Positions 57,852 through 64,000 of a stretch of 64,000 nt of DNA are shown one piece after another. The position numbers were made by a program, and so were the translations under genes. Positions within the stretch are counted from its first letter, which is position 1. The number at the start of each line of letters is the position of its first letter. Under the pieces are notes generated by a model, which was not told where the DNA came from, did no database searches, and saw only the letters and a list, made by a program, of their open reading frames with translations. Source of the DNA: the human T2T-CHM13v2.0 reference genome, Homo sapiens; assembly GCF_009914755.1 (NCBI RefSeq), contig NC_060927.1; one strand, given 5' to 3'.

Positions 57852-60376
57852 AAAATTACATAACTTAGTTAAGAAAGCAGTGGAAGGGTTTCAGAAGATT
57901 GACTGCAATTTTGAAAGACGTTTTACTGTGGGTGAAATGCTATCAAACATCATTACATGCTACAGAGTAACCTTTCAAGAAAGGAAAAGTCAATTGATGA
58001 GGCAAACTTTACAGTTTTCTTTTAAGAAATCGCTACAGCCACCACGACCTTTAGCAACACCATCCTGATCTATAAGCAGCCATCAGCATTGAGGGAAGAT
58101 CTTCCACTAGCTAAGACCTTCCACTATGACTTGCTGAAGGCTCAGGTGATCATTAGCATTTTTTTTAGCAATAAAATATTTTTAAATTAAGATACATGCA
58201 TTGTTTTTTATACCGTGTGCTTGAACACAGAACAGGCTACAATATTGCGTAAACATAACTTTCATATGTCCTGAGAAATGAAGAAAAATTGTGTGACTTG
58301 CTTTATTGCAATATTTATGTTTTTGAGGTGATCTGGAAGTGAACCCACAATATCTCCAAGGTATACCTGTGTTTATCACTATAAATATTCCATATGAAAG
58401 AAGGTATGAATACCTCAGTGTTTAATTCCTTGAAATTATAAAGGAAAACACTTTACCATGTATACATTATCATCCCTAGTTATATTTCTTTAAGTGATAA
58501 AGAGAAAAAAAACTAGAGAGGCAGCCATAGTGGGAAAATCAGGCCAGGGTTTGTCCAGGAGCACACAGGAATACCCCAAACTGGTAACAAAGTTGTCAAT
58601 GAGATAGGCCAAAAAGTGGAGAACTAGATTCTAGAATATGTTTTGACAGAAGGATGTATGTAACATCAGAATAACTGTTAATGTTCTCTGGGCTTTTTTC
58701 GTTCTTATCTTCAGAGTAAAGGGTGTTGGATGGCATGGTAAAAAAAGTTCTTTGATTTGTTATTATATTGATATTATATCACCTTGCTTGGAGGTGTATC
58801 ATAAGCAATATACCCTAAAGGATGTAAGTTGAATATGTATACTTCTTTTTTCTCTTTCTCTTTTTTTTTGTAATAAGACAGTGTTGTGAAATAATAATCA
58901 AGATGCTTTCCACTTTGTAACATTACTACCCCACCCTCATTTTTTTCTGAAAAGACCTAGCCAACACCCTAGAGCAGTTAATCAGTTATTATAGTTTCAG
59001 TGTGAGCTTTTTAAAACAGTGAAGAAATTGATAGACTGGTTCAAAGTATAACATTTGAAAGAATCCTTGCAGAGCAATTTTAAACTTTATTCGAGTATTT
59101 ATATGTGTGTGCATGTAGGTATGAATGTGTGTATTTTTTATCACAGAAGGAATCTCAACATCCTGGGATGCCAAAGAAAGAGAAAGCAGAGAGTTAGATG
59201 GATATTGAGGGCCTCTTATCTATCAGCACTCCCTAGTCCATTAGCTATAGGCCCCTATACACATTTTTTGGGATCGAGTAATTAAGAGAACATGTATCCA
59301 ACTTCCTTTGGAAGCCAGAAGAGCAGAGCAGACTGGTAAAAGTTTCCACCGCCTCCTAGAGAGACAATCAGTAAAGGAGTAATAGCTATGTTTGTAGCCA
59401 AGGTCAAAGAGGTCAATACAGACATTATAAATACCAATAAAAGATGAGGTGCCTGAGACACTGTGAATGTACCACAATTAGAGGCTTTAATTCATTTTTA
59501 GTAAGCAATTAGGAATCTCCTAACTTTTCTCAGGTGTTATTTTATTATAGGCATCTCAAGCTGTCAACAGCAACCTGCCATCTTTCCCCGTCTAAGAAAA
59601 TCCTAGCTATCATTTTCATCCTTTTATTTTTTTGCCAGAAGATTTTGTTTTTTATGTTAACTGTACAAGTAGAATAACAAAAAACCTTAGGCTAAAATTA
59701 ATATTTTACCATGCTTATATTCATATCACAGGGGCCAAAGCCCTGTGAGACAATTTCCAGTAAGCAGTAATTCTGATTTCATTGTTCATAGCAAGTAGGG
59801 AAGGCATTATTCCATGAAATGTGATTAAATTTCATGTTGGGAAGAAAGTTTGAGTGTGAAACTATCTAGACTTTTTTGTGCTTAAGTAGAGGACAGAAAT
59901 TTGAAAATGATAACACTGCGAAGTTATTCATTTCACACATTACCCTTAAAATAACTAATAAGATAATCTTAACCTTCATGTTTATTAAAAAATGTAGGTG
60001 AAAAGAAACTATTTCAAAGGAGATGTAAGAATATTTCTTAATTTAGGTTTATCTTCCAAGAAGTTATTTTAAATGTGTAAACATTAATTTTGATTTTGCA
60101 TGCAAATTTCCTAACCCCATGTCTGGCACATAGTAGCCTCTCAATAAGTAGTTAGTTTTTTTGTTGGTTGGCAATATTACTATTAATATCACGTGGCAAC
60201 TGAATGTAGTTTATAAGGCTGAATATATAAAACTATTCAACATATTTTAGTTGACTTTATTTGATAAAATAACGTTCATTAGGTGACATATTAAGTTCAC
60301 AAATAAACACAGATTTTACTAATTTTGTAGGTACATAACATTGGAAACAAATAATCAAATATAAAATATAGACACT

Positions 60377-60818
<442 letters not shown>

Positions 60819-61074
60819 TCATGAAATAGTTTTATAAAATAAATAACCTATTCTTTGAAAAAAGTGCCCTTTAGAGATTGTAATGATCACCAAGTAAAAG
60901 CAAAATAAATGTTGAAATAAATTGATTATATTTCAGAAATCCTTCCCTTCCTTCAAAAAATGTAACCTCTCTCCTAGATATTGATAAATGAGATTTTTGA
61001 TGAAAAAATGAAACTCTGGGCCAGAAAATAGATTTGGGAAGCATCAGTCTTTTGCCCTTTCTCAAAATACAGAC

Positions 61075-62125
61075 ATAACTGAAGTGTCAAAAGTGGAACT
61101 GACAGTGATGGCCGAGCATCTGACAGCTCAAACACAGCTTGCTCATCAGTCTGATGCTGCCAAGCAGGAGATGGCACGATTCCACCATATAAATATGTCT
61201 GTTATATTGAGGTTAGGACTGGTTTTTGCCTTCGTGTGATTGGAGCTTATTATTATTATTATGAAGCATTGCTTACCACTTAGTCTACAACTTCAGGGCC
61301 AATATTCAAACCTTCATTTCCCCAGTCGCCCAGGATGTGCTTGCAATATTATCTCCCTTTGAATATACTTGATCAGAATGCAAAAAAAAAAAAATGGGCA
61401 AGAGGGCGTACATTCAGAAGCACTTTTGAGATCTGTCATATTTCCTCATTTGCAAGGCAGTATACTATGAAATCAAGTTTTGGATTCTAATTTTCTGGCT
61501 CCGTCAGATGATTTGAACTGGTGATGTCAGCACTTCATGATGCTGATGCCAAGCGTTGTTTATGCCTTCCTGTCCTCCAGGGACACGTAAATCCATCCTG
61601 CATCCACAAGCTGTCAGAGGAGAAGAAAGGCACTGGTCACTAATCTTGTCATGATCAACACCGCTCTCAGAACCCTGGTTTATGTCTTGCCTGGATTGGA
61701 ATGAGCCGGTAATATAAATGTGTACCTTGTATATCCTTTCCGTCGTTGCCATCAGTTGATCTTCTTTTCTCTTGACATTCTTTTAAACCATGTTAGACAG
61801 GTGTTACATAAAGTTGAAAACATATCTCTACTAAAGAGTTTCATGCGTATGTGTTAAGTGGCTATTGAACAATTTATTAGGGTTTTGCAGGAGCAGGCAG
61901 TCCCTCCGGGTTCCTTTTTTCCCCTCTGAATTCTATTTTAGTTAACAGGCTGAATATAAAGGAGAAGTCACTGCACAATGTGATATGAACAGCAATAAGA
62001 CGGAAAGTTCCCTGCTTAAATGGCCCCATTAAATCCGCCATTGCCCCTTGATGGCCCATGATGGCTCATTTCTTTCAACAAAGAATACTACCAGTGTCGA
62101 TGTCGTGTTCAGTAATCATGGACTG
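61075..62125. promoter_or_regulatory. Candidate cluster of conserved non-coding/enhancer blocks
   Basis: Three non-repeat blocks richer in GC and CpG than the flanks; TGACAG at 61100 and 61121, CTGTCA at 61611, TGCCAA at 61157 and 61547, GGAAAGTTCCC at 62002. Motif and composition evidence only. Confidence 0.4.
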
Positions 62126-62684
62126 CTGTTCTCAGAAAAATATATATGTATATCTTTCCCAAATAGTGAATGTTGAGCTTCAACGCTTCAAATTATTTTC
62201 AGTCTTTCAATTCTCAGAATGAATAGACACAGAATTTTATTTTCTCTTGCTTAGCATTTTTTATTAATACACTTGGCTGTTCTTTTTGCCTTCAGCAAAA
62301 ATATTCTGATGTATATGGAGATAAGAGTTCTTTGTTTACTCATAGCCCATGTGCATAAACAAACGTCCTTACTATGGGAAGCCTTTATTTGCTACAATAC
62401 GAGGAGCAATTTTTTAAAAAGCAAATATTTTATAGTTATCACTTCAGCCTGGATTGGAGCCTGTGGCTCATTTTACAACCTGCACAAGTTTTTGGTACTT
62501 GTAAATTTGTTGTTGTAAAATTTGGTCTTTCCACCTTTGGCCTAATATCAAAAGCTTTATATTTTCACTTTCTGGAAAAAAAAACCTTGATATTTTGAAA
62601 TTCTCTGACCTTTCATTTATGCGTATCCATAATAGAAAACATGGCTTAATAGAATGGGCTTCAAATAATTTTGAAGGCAAACCG

Positions 62685-62878
62685 ATTTTAGCGCCAACCC
62701 TAACACTTCATATTTGTGTGCTTTCTGGCAAGATATTTAAACTCCACATCTTTCAATCGATTCAATAATAATAATAACAGCATCACTAACCTTGCAACGT
62801 TTTTGTAAGAAGCAAAGACATTATTTACAAAGTATCTAGAACATTTCCTTATATACAAACAAGGCTTAATATATAATA
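62685..62878 (+). mobile_element. MIR SINE
   Basis: TTTGTGTGCTTTCTGGCAAGATATTTAAACTC...AATAATAACAGCATCACTAACCTTGCAAC...AAAGTATCTAGAACA. Confidence 0.55.
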
Positions 62879-64000
62879 ACTCTATATTTTATTTATGCAA
62901 ATTACCAAGCTCTTTCACTTATAGTGGCACCAGCTTATTAGTAAAAGAGACTAATGCAGGTAAAATGAACATCTAGAGCATTCATTAATTAAATAAAAGA
63001 TACCCAGAGATCTGATTTTGCAGAAAAAAATAAAGTATATAAAAGCTGTGTAGACCTATTAATTGCTTTTGTTTTCATTAGAGATTTTATTGTGGGTTGA
63101 TTAAAATGTGTGTGCACACGAGGTCTCTTCTGCACTGGCTGACAGCGTTTCCTCCTTCGTGCCCTTTATCTATAATACATTTGAGAGTCTAACAATAATC
63201 CCAACCCCGAAACAAGCCAGAGCTTCTGTTTGCATTTCTCTGTCTTAGGAACGGCTCTGTCAGGTTTCTTTCTGAATTCATTAATGCAGTTTCATCACTC
63301 AATAAAATATATGATCAATTCCAACACACATCCACTAGTTGATGACATAGCTCAGAAATATTTTTGTTTCCATGAAATATGAACAATAGTTTCAGTGGTA
63401 CCTAGCTCAAAAATGTAACTTCCTTCAAGTTCCTCTTTGAAGTAGTTCCTCAGAACTACCTTGCAAGTGTCCACTTTGGTTAGACAACAAAACAATTGTT
63501 TTGTATATGAAAAAACAAAAATTGTTTTTTGTATATATCCTTTTCTACTTTTCAACACTAGTTGCACTAATTCCTACCCAAGAGATCACATAGGAGGTCA
63601 TTTCAAGAATAACATACACTTCTAATTCTTTTTGGTTTTATATAGTTCATGAGGCCTCACTCCAGATTCTCACTCGGATTGACCTTAGAGTTAAATGAAT
63701 AATTTTGGAGACACTGTGTTTTTAGGAAATACTTTAAAGGATGAAAACGTTTAGACCTTGTGGCAAAGCAAACAGAAACTCTGTACTAGCTGTTTCTGGC
63801 TGGTCTCCATCTGGCTTCTTTGAGCCCCTCTTTACCTTCAGTTCTCTCCCTTATGGAAAGCTAGCCTAACCATGCACTGATTATACTTTCAGTAACAGAA
63901 TTCTCTCTGAAGTGGTGTGAAAATGGAGATTTCTGGAGGGAGAGTTTCCATGGCTTATCTCAGATGTTGAAAAGAATCTCTGAGTCAAAAAACTTCCTCA

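Overview
This is AT-rich primate (very probably human) intergenic or deep-intronic DNA. I found no intact protein-coding gene, RNA gene or CRISPR array. Much of the window is interspersed repeat: L1PA/L1PB/L1M LINEs, L2, MIR, five AluS copies, MaLR/ERV solo LTRs, hAT MERs and microsatellites. The main landmark is a full-length Tigger1 DNA transposon (52123-58369). It is split by a processed pseudogene of ICE2/NARG2 (54025-57851, 13-bp TSD), which in turn carries an Alu in its 3' UTR. The retrocopy appears to record an alternatively spliced, frameshifted ICE2 mRNA. The least explained structure is an 828-bp insert at 684-1511 with AATAAA, a poly(A) tail and a perfect 19-bp TSD. It contains only antisense nested repeats, so it looks like an orphan L1-mediated transduction or a retroposed non-coding RNA end. 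Several non-repetitive islands (about 18.2-19.0 kb, 25.0-25.25 kb, 61.0-62.1 kb, 63.1-63.3 kb) carry clustered PBX-HOX (TGATNNAT) and/or MEIS (TGACAG) motifs and are candidate developmental enhancers. I see no convincing evidence of a wholly new biological system. Repeat subfamily names come from remembered consensus sequences and need RepeatMasker/Dfam confirmation; boundaries of old repeats are approximate.
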